NCBI RefSeq assembly: GCF_025643275.1
Contig: NZ_CP089977.1
Location: 990,001 to 1,022,000 of the forward strand
Direction of reading: 5' to 3'
Length of the DNA stretch: 32,000 nt
From: Moraxella nasicaprae
Lineage (GTDB): Bacteria > Pseudomonadota > Gammaproteobacteria > Pseudomonadales > Moraxellaceae
The position numbers and the translations under genes were made by a program. How positions within the stretch are numbered: position 1 is the stretch's first letter; each line of letters starts with the position of its first letter. A model generated the notes under the pieces. That model searched no databases. It saw only the letters and a program-made list of their open reading frames with translations, and was not told the DNA's origin. Below, in pieces: positions 17,364-26,275 of the stretch.

Positions 17364-19303
17364 CAGACAAGCTCCTGCTCCAATGTTTCTAGCTCGTCCA
17401 TTGCCAACAGCAACGCCTCTTCGATGTCAGCAAGTCGCTTTTGTTCTTCATTTTGCTTGGCAAGCAGTTGCAGCAACTGCTCTTTATTGGCATCATCGTA
17501 CAGCTGACCATCGCCAAGCAGTTCATCAATCTGAGCAAGCTTACTGGTTATTTGATTCAGCTTATCTTCAAGATGAGCAATCTTTTTACGCACAGGTGCG
17601 GTCTGCTCTCGCAATTTGGCATTCTTTTTTCGCCGCTCTTCTTTGCTTAGCTGCTCATTTTTGGGTTCGTCTTGGGCGGTCTTGGCAGAATTAGCCGATG
17701 ACTGCTGGGCGGTTTTGGCAAGTCTTGCTTGTCGCAAATGCTCAGCGTAGTCGCTCATGTCGCCCACAAAGGTTGTCGCCTTGCCATCTGCCACCAATAA
17801 TAGCTCGTCACACACCGATAAAATCAGCTCCCTATCGTGCGACACCAAAATCAATGCCCCTTGATAATCCTGTAAAGCAAGCATGAGGGCATTTCGCATT
17901 TGTAAATCTAGGTGGTTGGTTGGCTCGTCCAGCACCAAGACATTGGGGCGTTGCCAAACCAATAGTGCCAGCATCAATCTGGCTCGCTCGCCACCTGAAA
18001 ACAACCGTGCCACCGTATCAATGCGGTCACCACGAAAATCAAAACTGCCCAAAAATGCTCGCAACTGTGCATCTGATGTCTGTCCTGCCAAGCGTCTTAG
18101 CATTATCATGGGTGTGGCATCATCATCTAGACTGTCCATCTGATGCTGATTAAAATAGCCCAATTTGAGCGTCTGTGAGACCTTATGCACACCGCTGATG
18201 AGTGGCAACTGCCCCACCAACGCCTTAATCAGCGTGGATTTACCTGCACCATTTGCACCCAAAATGCCCAAACGAACCTCTGGCGTGATTTGTACATTGA
18301 CTCGGCTGATTAACGGAGCATCAGCAGTATAGCCAATCGTTGCATTATCCAGCGTGATGAGTGGCGATGCCATGTGTGATGGTTCATAAAATTGGAAACT
18401 AAATGCACTGTCTGCCATCACAGGGGCAAGCTCATTCATGCGGTCAAGTTGCTTGATGCGACTTTGGGCTTGCTTGGCTTTGGTTGCTTTGGCACGAAAA
18501 CGGCGGATATAATCTTCCAAGTGAGCCTTGACTGCCTGCTGTTTTTCGTAAGCTTGTTGCTCTTGGGCGAGGCGTTCGGCACGCATCTTGACAAACTGGC
18601 TATAATTACCCGAATACAGCGTGATTTTTCCATGTTCGATGTGCAAAATATGCCCACAAACCGCGTCCAAAAATGCTTGGTCGTGACTGATGAGCAGGAC
18701 CAAGCCATCAAAACCTGCCAGCCATTCTTCTAGCCACAAAATAGCGTCCAAATCCAAATGGTTGGTCGGCTCGTCCAAAAGCAACACCTCAGCACGGTGC
18801 ATCAAGGTGCGAGCCAGATTCAGTCGCATTCGCCAGCCACCAGAAAACAGTGCTACCTGCCTTGCATGGTCTGCCTCGCCAAAACCCAAGCCCGACAAAA
18901 TAATCGCCGCCTTAGCACGAGTACGATAGCCATCAATCTCCTCAAAGCGTTGGTATAACGCAGCGATTTGCTCAGTAGATAGCCCATCTTGCTGTGCCAG
19001 TTTGTCAGACAACGACCACCATTCGCCATCGCCTGACAGCACATAATCCATCGCCGTCATGTCTGTGGCATGAATCTCTTGTGCCATGTGGGCAATCTGC
19101 CAATCTTGTGGCATCACAATCTGCCCTGCATCTGTGCCATATTCGCCCAAAATGGCGGCAAACAAGGTAGATTTGCCCGTGCCATTATTGCCTGTCAGAC
19201 CGATTTTTTGGGTTTTGTGCAGTTGTAAATTCACATCACTAAACAGCACTCGCCCCTCACGGCGTATCGCCACTTCTTTAAATTCAATCACGATTTTTTC
19301 CAT
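17363..19303 (-). CDS. yheS: ABC-F family ATPase (YheS-like translation-associated ATP-binding protein)
   Basis: Two ABC cassettes are present and there are no TM domains. The Walker A motifs are GNNGTGKST and GANGAGKST. The signature motifs are FSGGWRMR and FSGGERAR. The Walker B motif LLLDEPTNHLD occurs in both cassettes. The tail is a K/E-rich coiled coil. Confidence 0.9.
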   Translation of the reverse strand: MEKIVIEFKEVAIRREGRVLFSDVNLQLHKTQKIGLTGNNGTGKSTLFAAILGEYGTDAGQIVMPQDWQIAHMAQEIHATDMTAMDYVLSGDGEWWSLSDKLAQQDGLSTEQIAALYQRFEEIDGYRTRAKAAIILSGLGFGEADHARQVALFSGGWRMRLNLARTLMHRAEVLLLDEPTNHLDLDAILWLEEWLAGFDGLVLLISHDQAFLDAVCGHILHIEHGKITLYSGNYSQFVKMRAERLAQEQQAYEKQQAVKAHLEDYIRRFRAKATKAKQAQSRIKQLDRMNELAPVMADSAFSFQFYEPSHMASPLITLDNATIGYTADAPLISRVNVQITPEVRLGILGANGAGKSTLIKALVGQLPLISGVHKVSQTLKLGYFNQHQMDSLDDDATPMIMLRRLAGQTSDAQLRAFLGSFDFRGDRIDTVARLFSGGERARLMLALLVWQRPNVLVLDEPTNHLDLQMRNALMLALQDYQGALILVSHDRELILSVCDELLLVADGKATTFVGDMSDYAEHLRQARLAKTAQQSSANSAKTAQDEPKNEQLSKEERRKKNAKLREQTAPVRKKIAHLEDKLNQITSKLAQIDELLGDGQLYDDANKEQLLQLLAKQNEEQKRLADIEEALLLAMDELETLEQELV

Positions 19304-19359
19304 TTATTGATTTGATTCATTTGGCGGCTATTTTAGCATAATTTTTCTCAAAACAAGAC

Positions 19360-19387
19360 TTGCCATTACCCCCCCCTGTGCTAGATT
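19360..19387 (+). promoter_or_regulatory. Candidate sigma-70 promoter with a poly-C tract in the spacer
   Basis: TTGCCA (19360-19365), a 16-nt spacer containing C8, then TAGATT (19382-19387). It lies about 95 nt upstream of the ATG at 19483. Confidence 0.3.
19369..19376. repeat. Homopolymeric C8 (G8 on the minus strand) tract in an intergenic region
   Basis: A direct count gives 8 consecutive C between the divergent ABC-F gene and the secreted-protein gene. Confidence 0.95.
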
Positions 19388-19482
19388 ATGTGTTTCTTAG
19401 TTTGTCAGGCTGCGATATTTGTTTAGGCGGTCAGCTTAGGCTATCAGCAATGCCAAATACAGTACAATCAACAGGAGTTGTG

Positions 19483-20193
19483 ATGAAAAATTTTACCATT
19501 GTCAGCTTGGCTTGTGCCAGTTTATGCCTTACCCCAATGACCGTCCACGCCAAAAAGCTAGACAACAAGGACAAGGAGCTGATTGTTGGCTTGGCAGGCG
19601 TCCTAATTGGCGGTATTCTATCAAACAAACAAAACCAGCAGCACGCCAAGCAACAACAAAACCAACAACAAAATCAGCAACAAACCATCTTTGACAACCA
19701 AGAAAAAGAAAAATTTGTCCGCCAAATTTACGAAAAAACGCTTGAATTGTCATTGGAACGACAAATAATGGCTGGCAGGGAATCTGAAAAAGACCTTGAC
19801 TTTATCCCCAACGCATCACTTAGCCCAAAATATATGAGCCGTGCCTTGCTATCGGTGGATTATCTACAACTTAAACACAGTCAAAGTCTTCCAGAATTCT
19901 ATGGCTTAGATGATTGCAATGAGAGTGGCTTTGATTTGTTTTGGGGTTATCAAGACTCAATTCTCTACCACCCCAATCATCAAATAGATTATACCGCCCA
20001 AGATGACGGCACGGTCAAAGTCGCCATCAAGCTGTATGACCAATGGAGTGATACATACCGTTTGCAAGATGTCATTTATCATCTGGTGCAAGAAGATGGT
20101 CAGTACAAAGTTGATGACATCGGCTATATCGACCACACTTATCAAGTTCGTATCCCAAGCCAAAAAGCAGCACTCACAAACTACTGTTCATAA
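19483..20193 (+). CDS. Hypothetical secreted protein with a Q/N-rich linker
   Basis: The ATG at 19483 is preceded by ACAGGAG. The signal peptide is MKNFTIVSLACASLCLTPMTVHA|KK. A low-complexity segment (NKQNQQHAKQQQNQQQNQQQ) is followed by a globular domain of about 170 aa. The ORF track's 19360 start is a TTG located within the putative promoter. Confidence 0.6.
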   Translation: MKNFTIVSLACASLCLTPMTVHAKKLDNKDKELIVGLAGVLIGGILSNKQNQQHAKQQQNQQQNQQQTIFDNQEKEKFVRQIYEKTLELSLERQIMAGRESEKDLDFIPNASLSPKYMSRALLSVDYLQLKHSQSLPEFYGLDDCNESGFDLFWGYQDSILYHPNHQIDYTAQDDGTVKVAIKLYDQWSDTYRLQDVIYHLVQEDGQYKVDDIGYIDHTYQVRIPSQKAALTNYCS

Positions 20194-20318
20194 ATCCATC
20201 GGGCAAAGACATTTTGTGACAGTTTGAGATAAAAAATCGCTTATTTTTATATCAAAAACCTTGTATAATTGATAATCGCTCATATTTAAAGCGTAATTGA
20301 TTAACGACACGAGTTTTT

Positions 20319-20651
20319 ATGAACACCGATTTGACCCTCACAGACAATGCTGCCGCCAAACTTGCCAAACTAAAAGCCGCCGAAGGTAATGATGCCTTGA
20401 TGCTCAGAGTCTATGTGACAGGCGGCGGCTGTTCGGGGTTTAGCTATGGCTTTGATTTTGCCGAAGAACTCGAAGAAGATGACACCACTTTTGACAACGG
20501 TGGAGAGATTTTGGTGGTTGATAGTCTCAGCTATCAATATTTGGCAGGTTCAACCATCGACTACACCGAAGGCTTAGAAGGTTCTCGCTTCATCGTGGAC
20601 AATCCTAACGCCACCACCACCTGCGGCTGTGGCTCATCATTCTCCATCTAG
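20319..20651 (+). CDS. erpA: Iron-sulfur cluster insertion protein ErpA (HesB/IscA family)
   Basis: The ORF is 110 aa. It contains [11 protein letters not shown] and the C-terminal motif [10 protein letters not shown]. Confidence 0.9.
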   Translation: MNTDLTLTDNAAAKLAKLKAAEGNDALMLRVYVTGGGCSGFSYGFDFAEELEEDDTTFDNGGEILVVDSLSYQYLAGSTIDYTEGLEGSRFIVDNPNATTTCGCGSSFSI

Positions 20652-20799
20652 TCAATCGCACACGCTGGCTTGTTTTATTGGATTTTGCCTATCAATATGC
20701 AAAATCAGCACAATAAATCATCAAAAAATAACTTTTCCAAGCCAGCGTTTATCCTTATAATGACACATCATATCCCATCATTTTTTTAAGTATATTATT

Positions 20800-22356
20800 A
20801 TGACAAATTCCACTTTTGTACTGCCAGCTTGGTTTGAATCAAAGTTGGTTGCAGGCATGCAACGAGGTGTTGAAAAAGAGGGCTTGCGTATGCAGCCAGA
20901 TGGTTTTGCCGCCAAGACTTTTCACCCTGCCAAACTGGGTTCGAAACTCACTCACCCTTACATCACAACCGATTATTCTGAAAATCTTTTGGAGCTAATC
21001 ACATCGCCCAAGCCAACCATCAAAGAGGCGTTGGATATGCTAAGAGATTTGCATGTCTTAGTACATCGCTCGCTAGAAAATAATGAGCTGATGTGGCCTT
21101 TGTCTATGCCGTGTATGAGTTCGGATACTGACAGCGATATTCCTTTGGCGGACTATGGCACTTCTAATATCGGTAAGCTAAAAACCCTATACCGCTCAGG
21201 TCTTGGGGTGCGTTATGGTCGCAAAATGCAGACCATCGCTGGCTTGCATTACAATCTGTCAATCGGCGATGACCTATTTGCAGCGTGGCAAAACGCTGAG
21301 GGTGCTGATGACCTGACCGCCTTTAAAAACGCCAAATATCTTGCTTTGATTCGTAATTTTAAACGCCTAACACCGCTGGTGCTGTATCTGCTTGGGGCAA
21401 GTCCTAGCGTGTGCGGTACTTTTGTCAGTGGTCGTGAACATGACCTGATACCATTATTTGAAAATAGTTGCAGTTATTATCAGCCCAATGGCACAAGCCT
21501 TAGAATGGGCAAACTGGGCTACACCAACAGCGTCCAAGAAGACCTAGACATTCGCTACAACGACCTAGATGAATACATCGCAGGACTAAGACGAGCCATC
21601 GGCACGCCGTTTGATGAATTTGCCAATATTGGTGTTGATGACAAAGACGGCAATCCGATTCAGATTAACAGTCATATTCTACAAATCGAAAACGAATATT
21701 ACAGTCCAATCCGCCCAAAACAAGTCACCAAATCAGGCGAAACACCCACCGCCGCCCTTGCTGCTCGTGGCATCGCTTATGTGGAATTTCGAGCCATCGA
21801 CCTTGACCCATACAGCGACATTGGCATCACCAAAGAGACAGCGTGTTTCCTAGAAGTGCTGGCATTATACTGCCTACTGACCGACTCGCCTGCCTTGTTG
21901 CCAGAGGAAGAAAAACGCCTTGCCGCCAATATTGACACCGTTGTCAATCACGGACGACAAGCAGGGGTGCAGATTGATGATGGTGCTAACTTGGTTGATT
22001 TGCACGATTGGATTGTCAATCATCTAACCAACATGCAAATCATCGCTGATGCGTTTGATGCTCATCATGGCGGCAATGATTATCGCTCGGCATTATCCTT
22101 GATGCAAGGCAAGGCCACCAATCCAAACTTCACGCTATCCGCCCAAATCGAAGAAGACAGTCGTCGTGCTGGTGGTACTTGGGCATTGGGTAAAATTCTT
22201 GCCCAAAAACACCAACAAGAACTGCTCACACACGCTCTAAGCCAAGAACAAGAACAAGCCTTTGCCAAGATTGCCCAAGATTCTGTGCGTGAGCAACAAG
22301 ACATCGAAGCATCTGATACGATGAGTTTTTATGATTTTGTGCAGACCTACCGCTAA
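20800..22356 (+). CDS. gshA: Glutamate-cysteine ligase
   Basis: The ORF is 518 aa. The N-terminus resembles GshA (GMQRGVEKEGLRM...HPYITTDYSENLLELITSP). The segments GLHYN, YVEFRAIDLDP and NEYYSPIRPK are present. Confidence 0.9.
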   Translation: MTNSTFVLPAWFESKLVAGMQRGVEKEGLRMQPDGFAAKTFHPAKLGSKLTHPYITTDYSENLLELITSPKPTIKEALDMLRDLHVLVHRSLENNELMWPLSMPCMSSDTDSDIPLADYGTSNIGKLKTLYRSGLGVRYGRKMQTIAGLHYNLSIGDDLFAAWQNAEGADDLTAFKNAKYLALIRNFKRLTPLVLYLLGASPSVCGTFVSGREHDLIPLFENSCSYYQPNGTSLRMGKLGYTNSVQEDLDIRYNDLDEYIAGLRRAIGTPFDEFANIGVDDKDGNPIQINSHILQIENEYYSPIRPKQVTKSGETPTAALAARGIAYVEFRAIDLDPYSDIGITKETACFLEVLALYCLLTDSPALLPEEEKRLAANIDTVVNHGRQAGVQIDDGANLVDLHDWIVNHLTNMQIIADAFDAHHGGNDYRSALSLMQGKATNPNFTLSAQIEEDSRRAGGTWALGKILAQKHQQELLTHALSQEQEQAFAKIAQDSVREQQDIEASDTMSFYDFVQTYR

Positions 22357-22362
22357 GGAAAG

Positions 22363-22863
22363 ATGATGACTTATCGCTTACTGAACGGTCTGCTGGTGCT
22401 GATTGCCGCCGCTGCAAGCCTATTTGCCATCGGTTATTTACAATTAAGACTGGGGCTTGACCCCTGTCCGTTGTGCATTTTCCAGCGGATTGGGCTGTGG
22501 TCTATGGCGGTCTTTGCTCTACTTGCCAGTCTCATCAATCCACAAGGCAAGATTTTGCGAGCGTTATTTTGGCTTGGGAGTGTGGCTGGCACACTGTGGG
22601 GTCTGGGTGTGGCACTACGACATACTTGGCTGCACTATTCGCCATCAGCCGTGCCCAGCTGCGGTGCAGGCTTGGGCTACTGGGTGGACACCCTGCCAAT
22701 GGCGGAAGTCATCAGCATTGTGCTGGCTGGCAATGGCGATTGTAGCATGATTGATTGGAGCTTTTTGGGTTTATCAATTCCTGCGTGGACGGCAGTGTTG
22801 TTTTTGGTGATTTTAGGCATACAATTTGTCATCTTGACAAAAATCATCAAAAAACTTCCTTAA
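22363..22863 (+). CDS. dsbB: Disulfide bond formation protein B
   Basis: The ORF is 166 aa with four hydrophobic segments. A CPLC motif follows TM1, and there are cysteines in the second periplasmic loop. An AAGGAAAG Shine-Dalgarno sequence is present. Confidence 0.85.
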   Translation: MMTYRLLNGLLVLIAAAASLFAIGYLQLRLGLDPCPLCIFQRIGLWSMAVFALLASLINPQGKILRALFWLGSVAGTLWGLGVALRHTWLHYSPSAVPSCGAGLGYWVDTLPMAEVISIVLAGNGDCSMIDWSFLGLSIPAWTAVLFLVILGIQFVILTKIIKKLP

Positions 22864-22888
22864 CTTTCGTCAATTTTGCTTTATAATG

Positions 22889-22912
22889 GGTGGAAATTTT
22901 TTCCACCTTTTT
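22889..22912 (+). terminator. Rho-independent terminator after dsbB
   Basis: GGTGGAAatttTTTCCACC is followed by TTTTT. It ends only 14 nt before the mpl ATG. Confidence 0.6.
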
Positions 22913-22925
22913 ATTTAGGATTGTT

Positions 22926-24305
22926 ATGCATATTCATATTTTGGGCATTTGCGGTACTTTTATGGGGTCGCTTGCCCTGCTGGCTCGTGATTTGGGGCAT
23001 AAAGTAACAGGCTCAGACACAGGCATCTATCCACCGATGAGCACTCAGCTTGCCAATGCTGGTGTTGAGATTTGGGAGGGTTATAAAGCAGAACACCTAC
23101 AACCTGCTCCTGACTTGGTTGTGGTTGGCAACGCCTGCAAACGAGGCATGGAGGCGATTGAATACATGCTAGATGCTCGCCTGCCCTACACATCAGGCCC
23201 TCAGTTTTTGTACGAAACCGTCCTAAAAGACCGCCATGTCCTAGCGGTGGCAGGCACACACGGCAAAACCACCACAACCACGATGCTTTCTTGGATTATC
23301 CAATACGCTGGCATTGACACAGGATTTTTGATTGGCGGTGTGCCACTGGTCAGCACCGACGATGAACGACTAAAATCCGCTTTCGCCCACAGCTCACATT
23401 TGGGCGATAAATACTTTGTCATCGAGGCAGACGAATACGACAGTGCGTTTTTTGATAAGCGTTCTAAATTCGTACATTATCGCCCCAGCACCGCTATTTT
23501 GAATAACTTAGAATACGACCACGCTGATATTTTTGCGGATTTAAACGCCATTCAAACCCAATTTCATCACATGATTCGCATGATACCCAGCAACGGACAA
23601 ATCATCATGCCAGCAGGGACAGACAGTCTAGAACAGACACTAGAAAAAGGTGTCTGGACACCAGTGCTGCGTACCAGCGTCGATGGTCAAAGCGACTGGC
23701 AAGCCAAATTACACCAAGATGACGGCGGTGCATTTGAGGTGCGATTTGGCGATGAAGTTGGGCAGGTTGTTTGGCAAATGAGTGGTTTGCACAATGTCAA
23801 TAACGGTCTGTGTGCCATCGCTGCTGCCCATCATATTGGCGTAGAGATTAGCACCGCCTGTGAAGCATTATCCAACTTTGGTGGCATCAAACGCCGCATG
23901 GAGCTGATTGGCGAGGTGAATGACATTCAGGTTTATGATGATTTTGCTCATCACCCAACCGCCATCACCACCACGCTGGACGGAGCAAAAAAACGCCTAC
24001 AAGGTCGCACCATTTGGGCAGTCATTGAGCCTCGCTCCAACACAATGAAGCTGGGCAGCCACAAGGCAAGTCTTGCCCCATCAGCGGCGATTGCCGACCA
24101 TGTGCTATGGTATGAACCAAAAGATTTGGCGTGGGGCTTGACCGATGCCATCGGCAATGCCACCAACCAACAAGTGCTAGACAGCACCGATGCCATCATC
24201 GAACATCTGGTCACGCACGCCAAAGCAGGCGATGCGATTATCATCATGTCTAATGGCGGTTTTGAAGGCATTCACACCCGATTGGTTGAGGCATTACAAC
24301 GCTAA
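22926..24305 (+). CDS. mpl: UDP-N-acetylmuramate:L-alanyl-gamma-D-glutamyl-meso-diaminopimelate ligase
   Basis: The family N-terminus is MHIHILGICGTFMG. The Mur-ligase P-loop GTHGKTTTT and the segments EADEYDSAFFDKRSKF and NLEYDHADIF are present. I chose the ATG at 22926 over the GTG at 22890, which lies within the terminator hairpin. Confidence 0.9.
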   Translation: MHIHILGICGTFMGSLALLARDLGHKVTGSDTGIYPPMSTQLANAGVEIWEGYKAEHLQPAPDLVVVGNACKRGMEAIEYMLDARLPYTSGPQFLYETVLKDRHVLAVAGTHGKTTTTTMLSWIIQYAGIDTGFLIGGVPLVSTDDERLKSAFAHSSHLGDKYFVIEADEYDSAFFDKRSKFVHYRPSTAILNNLEYDHADIFADLNAIQTQFHHMIRMIPSNGQIIMPAGTDSLEQTLEKGVWTPVLRTSVDGQSDWQAKLHQDDGGAFEVRFGDEVGQVVWQMSGLHNVNNGLCAIAAAHHIGVEISTACEALSNFGGIKRRMELIGEVNDIQVYDDFAHHPTAITTTLDGAKKRLQGRTIWAVIEPRSNTMKLGSHKASLAPSAAIADHVLWYEPKDLAWGLTDAIGNATNQQVLDSTDAIIEHLVTHAKAGDAIIIMSNGGFEGIHTRLVEALQR

Positions 24306-24312
24306 ACCAACC

Positions 24313-24347
24313 AAAAAAACCATCGGTCCGCTACTGATGGTTTTTTT
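24313..24347. terminator. Rho-independent terminator after mpl
   Basis: AAAAAAACCATCggtccgctactGATGGTTTTTTT. Confidence 0.65.
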
Positions 24348-24408
24348 ATTCATCACTAAGTGCTATGCAGTCTTATATCTATTGCTGTTTTGGCGATGAA
24401 AAATAAAC

Positions 24409-24678
24409 ATGGTCTATATCCTAGAACAGGATATCTTGGCAAGCCTCATCGCTTTTTTGGCATTGGCAAGCCTCATCGTGGCTTATGTGGATTATCGCCC
24501 AAAGATGGCTGATTATCTGGCATTTGCCGCCATTTTTGCCATCTTTGGTTTTGTGGCGTGTTTGTATTTTAGTGAAGCAAATTGGACATATCTGATTGCT
24601 GGCACACTCTGCTATGGCATCGGAGCGGTGGTGGTGCTATTTGCCAAATCAACATTCATCAAAAGCAAACAACAATAG
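24409..24678 (+). CDS. Small hypothetical membrane protein
   Basis: The ORF is 89 aa with three hydrophobic stretches. No clear Shine-Dalgarno sequence is visible and I recognise no family. Confidence 0.4.
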   Translation: MVYILEQDILASLIAFLALASLIVAYVDYRPKMADYLAFAAIFAIFGFVACLYFSEANWTYLIAGTLCYGIGAVVVLFAKSTFIKSKQQ

Positions 24679-24683
24679 GTCTT

Positions 24684-24712
24684 AAAAAAACCATCAACTC
24701 TTCGCTGATGGT
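24684..24712 (-). terminator. Rho-independent terminator downstream of the thioesterase gene
   Basis: On the minus strand the sequence reads ACCATCAgcgaagagtTGATGGTTTTTTT. Confidence 0.6.
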
Positions 24713-24725
24713 CATGAATTATCTT

Positions 24726-25184
24726 TTACAGATGGGTCAATTGTTGTCGCTCATCATCACGCCAAGCCATCTTTTTGCCATCAGCATCTGCTTTGACCAT
24801 CACGGCATCGGCGGTTGCCACGATGGCAGACTGGGCAGTGCTATAAAATGCTTTTTCAAAAACCACGCTCGTTGTGCCCATGCTTTTGACACGCACACCA
24901 ACAAGCAATGTATCAGGATAAGTCACAGGGCGTTTGTATTGACAGCTATTTGCCGCCAAGATGGTCGAAATGTCGGTGCGTGTCTGCACCAGACCTGTCG
25001 CACGCAGATAGCTGATGCGTGCTGATTCGGCATAGCGATAGTACACCACATTATTCACATGATTAAAACCGTCCATGTCGCCCCACGCCACAGGTTGCAC
25101 ATGCACCACAGGGAAGTCCATCAGTTCTTTGGGTCTGTCATCGCCCATCAATATCGGTTCAAACACGCCATCAACTTTTAGCAT
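24726..25184 (-). CDS. Acyl-CoA thioesterase, 4HBT/hotdog fold
   Basis: The ORF is 152 aa. It carries the YbgC/4HBT-type motif VAWGDMDGFNHVNNVVYYRYAE. An AAGGAG Shine-Dalgarno sequence precedes the ATG, and the gene starts immediately after the yggX stop. Confidence 0.8.
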   Translation of the reverse strand: MLKVDGVFEPILMGDDRPKELMDFPVVHVQPVAWGDMDGFNHVNNVVYYRYAESARISYLRATGLVQTRTDISTILAANSCQYKRPVTYPDTLLVGVRVKSMGTTSVVFEKAFYSTAQSAIVATADAVMVKADADGKKMAWRDDERQQLTHL

Positions 25185-25198
25185 TATCGCTCCTTGAC

Positions 25199-25486
25199 CT
25201 AGTCTTTGGGCTTAAACCCTGCTGGGCGTTCATAATCGCCATTGTCTAAAAACAACTCTCGCTGCTCAGCGATGAATTTTTTGGCATCTTTGTCCACCAT
25301 GCTTAGGTGCTTTTCGTTGATGAGCATGGTTTGTAGCTCAATCCACTCGTCCCATGCTTTTTTTGAGACGGTATTTTGGATTTCTTCGCCTTTGGCATTG
25401 GGAAATGGTGGCTTAGGTAATTTGGGTAAATTTTGTTGATATTTGCGACAAAACACCATGTGTTCGGCTGGGTTGAAAGTTTGCAT
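25199..25486 (-). CDS. yggX: Fe(2+)-trafficking / oxidative-damage protection protein YggX
   Basis: The conserved core is VFCRKY...[23 protein letters not shown]. The start is uncertain. An alternative ATG at 25459 (MVFCRKY) matches the usual family N-terminus but has no Shine-Dalgarno sequence. Confidence 0.8.
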   Translation of the reverse strand: MQTFNPAEHMVFCRKYQQNLPKLPKPPFPNAKGEEIQNTVSKKAWDEWIELQTMLINEKHLSMVDKDAKKFIAEQRELFLDNGDYERPAGFKPKD

Positions 25487-25636
25487 GACAGTCTCTTTTA
25501 TCTACATTATCATAAAAATTGACTTGATTATAGCAAAATTTTGGGCATTTGTGCCAAATTTCACGACCAAAAACCCAAGCAAAATATGGCAAATCCTACC
25601 AAAAATGCTATACTAAATGACGCTTAAAAGTAGTTT

Positions 25637-25666
25637 TTGGTAATGATTTTCTTGTTTTGGTATAAT
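25637..25666 (+). promoter_or_regulatory. Candidate sigma-70 promoter (extended -10) abutting the adenosyltransferase start codon
   Basis: TTGGTA (25637-25642), an 18-nt spacer, then TGgTATAAT (25658-25666). Only 5 nt separate the -10 element from the ATG at 25672. Confidence 0.4.
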
Positions 25667-25671
25667 GACTT

Positions 25672-26235
25672 ATGGGCAATAGACTTTCAAAAATCACCAC
25701 TCGCACAGGCGATGATGGCACAACAGGCATGGCAGACGGCAGTCGTCTTTCCAAAGCGGATTTACGATTTGATGCGATGGGCGTGATTGATGGGCTAAAT
25801 GCTCATATTGGGCTATTGCAAGCCTATCTTGACGACCCAAAAATAATCAAACAGCTTAGTGACATTCAGCATCGCTTATTTAATATCGGTGGAGAACTCG
25901 CCCTGCCCAACCATGCTGACATTGGCTACATCGCCATCACAGATACTGACATCATCTTGCTAGAAGAGCAGCTTGATGAGCATAACGACACCCTGCCTTA
26001 TCTTAAAGAATTTATTTTGCCAGCTGGGTCTGTTGCCACTGCACAGACGCACATTGCTCGTAGCATTTGCCGTGATGCCGAACGCACGCTGATTAAGCTG
26101 TCATTAAGAGACGGCAACATTCGCAAGCAAACCCTGCAATACCTAAATCGCTTGTCTGACTATCTGTTTGTACTGGCAAGAGTGGTGGTGCGTCTTGATG
26201 GCGGACAAGAAGTGCTATGGCAAAAGGATTTATGA
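25672..26235 (+). CDS. ATP:cob(I)alamin adenosyltransferase, PduO type
   Basis: The ORF is 187 aa. It has the N-terminal motif KITTRTGDDGTTG and the C-terminal motif YLNRLSDYLFVLAR. Confidence 0.9.
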   Translation: MGNRLSKITTRTGDDGTTGMADGSRLSKADLRFDAMGVIDGLNAHIGLLQAYLDDPKIIKQLSDIQHRLFNIGGELALPNHADIGYIAITDTDIILLEEQLDEHNDTLPYLKEFILPAGSVATAQTHIARSICRDAERTLIKLSLRDGNIRKQTLQYLNRLSDYLFVLARVVVRLDGGQEVLWQKDL

Positions 26236-26241
26236 TGAAAG

Positions 26242-26263
26242 CCCCAAAGTATGTACTTTGGGG
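26242..26263. terminator. Hairpin shared by the convergent adenosyltransferase and res genes
   Basis: CCCCAAAGTatgtACTTTGGGG forms a 9-bp stem. No strong T-run follows on either strand. Confidence 0.45.
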
Positions 26264-26275
26264 GTTATAATCCAA

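Noticed and set aside
19600-19690. A CAA/CAG-rich stretch (QQNQQQNQQQ) in the secreted-protein gene could be a phase-variable repeat.
   Set aside because: The codons are mixed (caa, cag, aac, aat), so there is no uninterrupted unit. Any slippage would be in-frame in any case.
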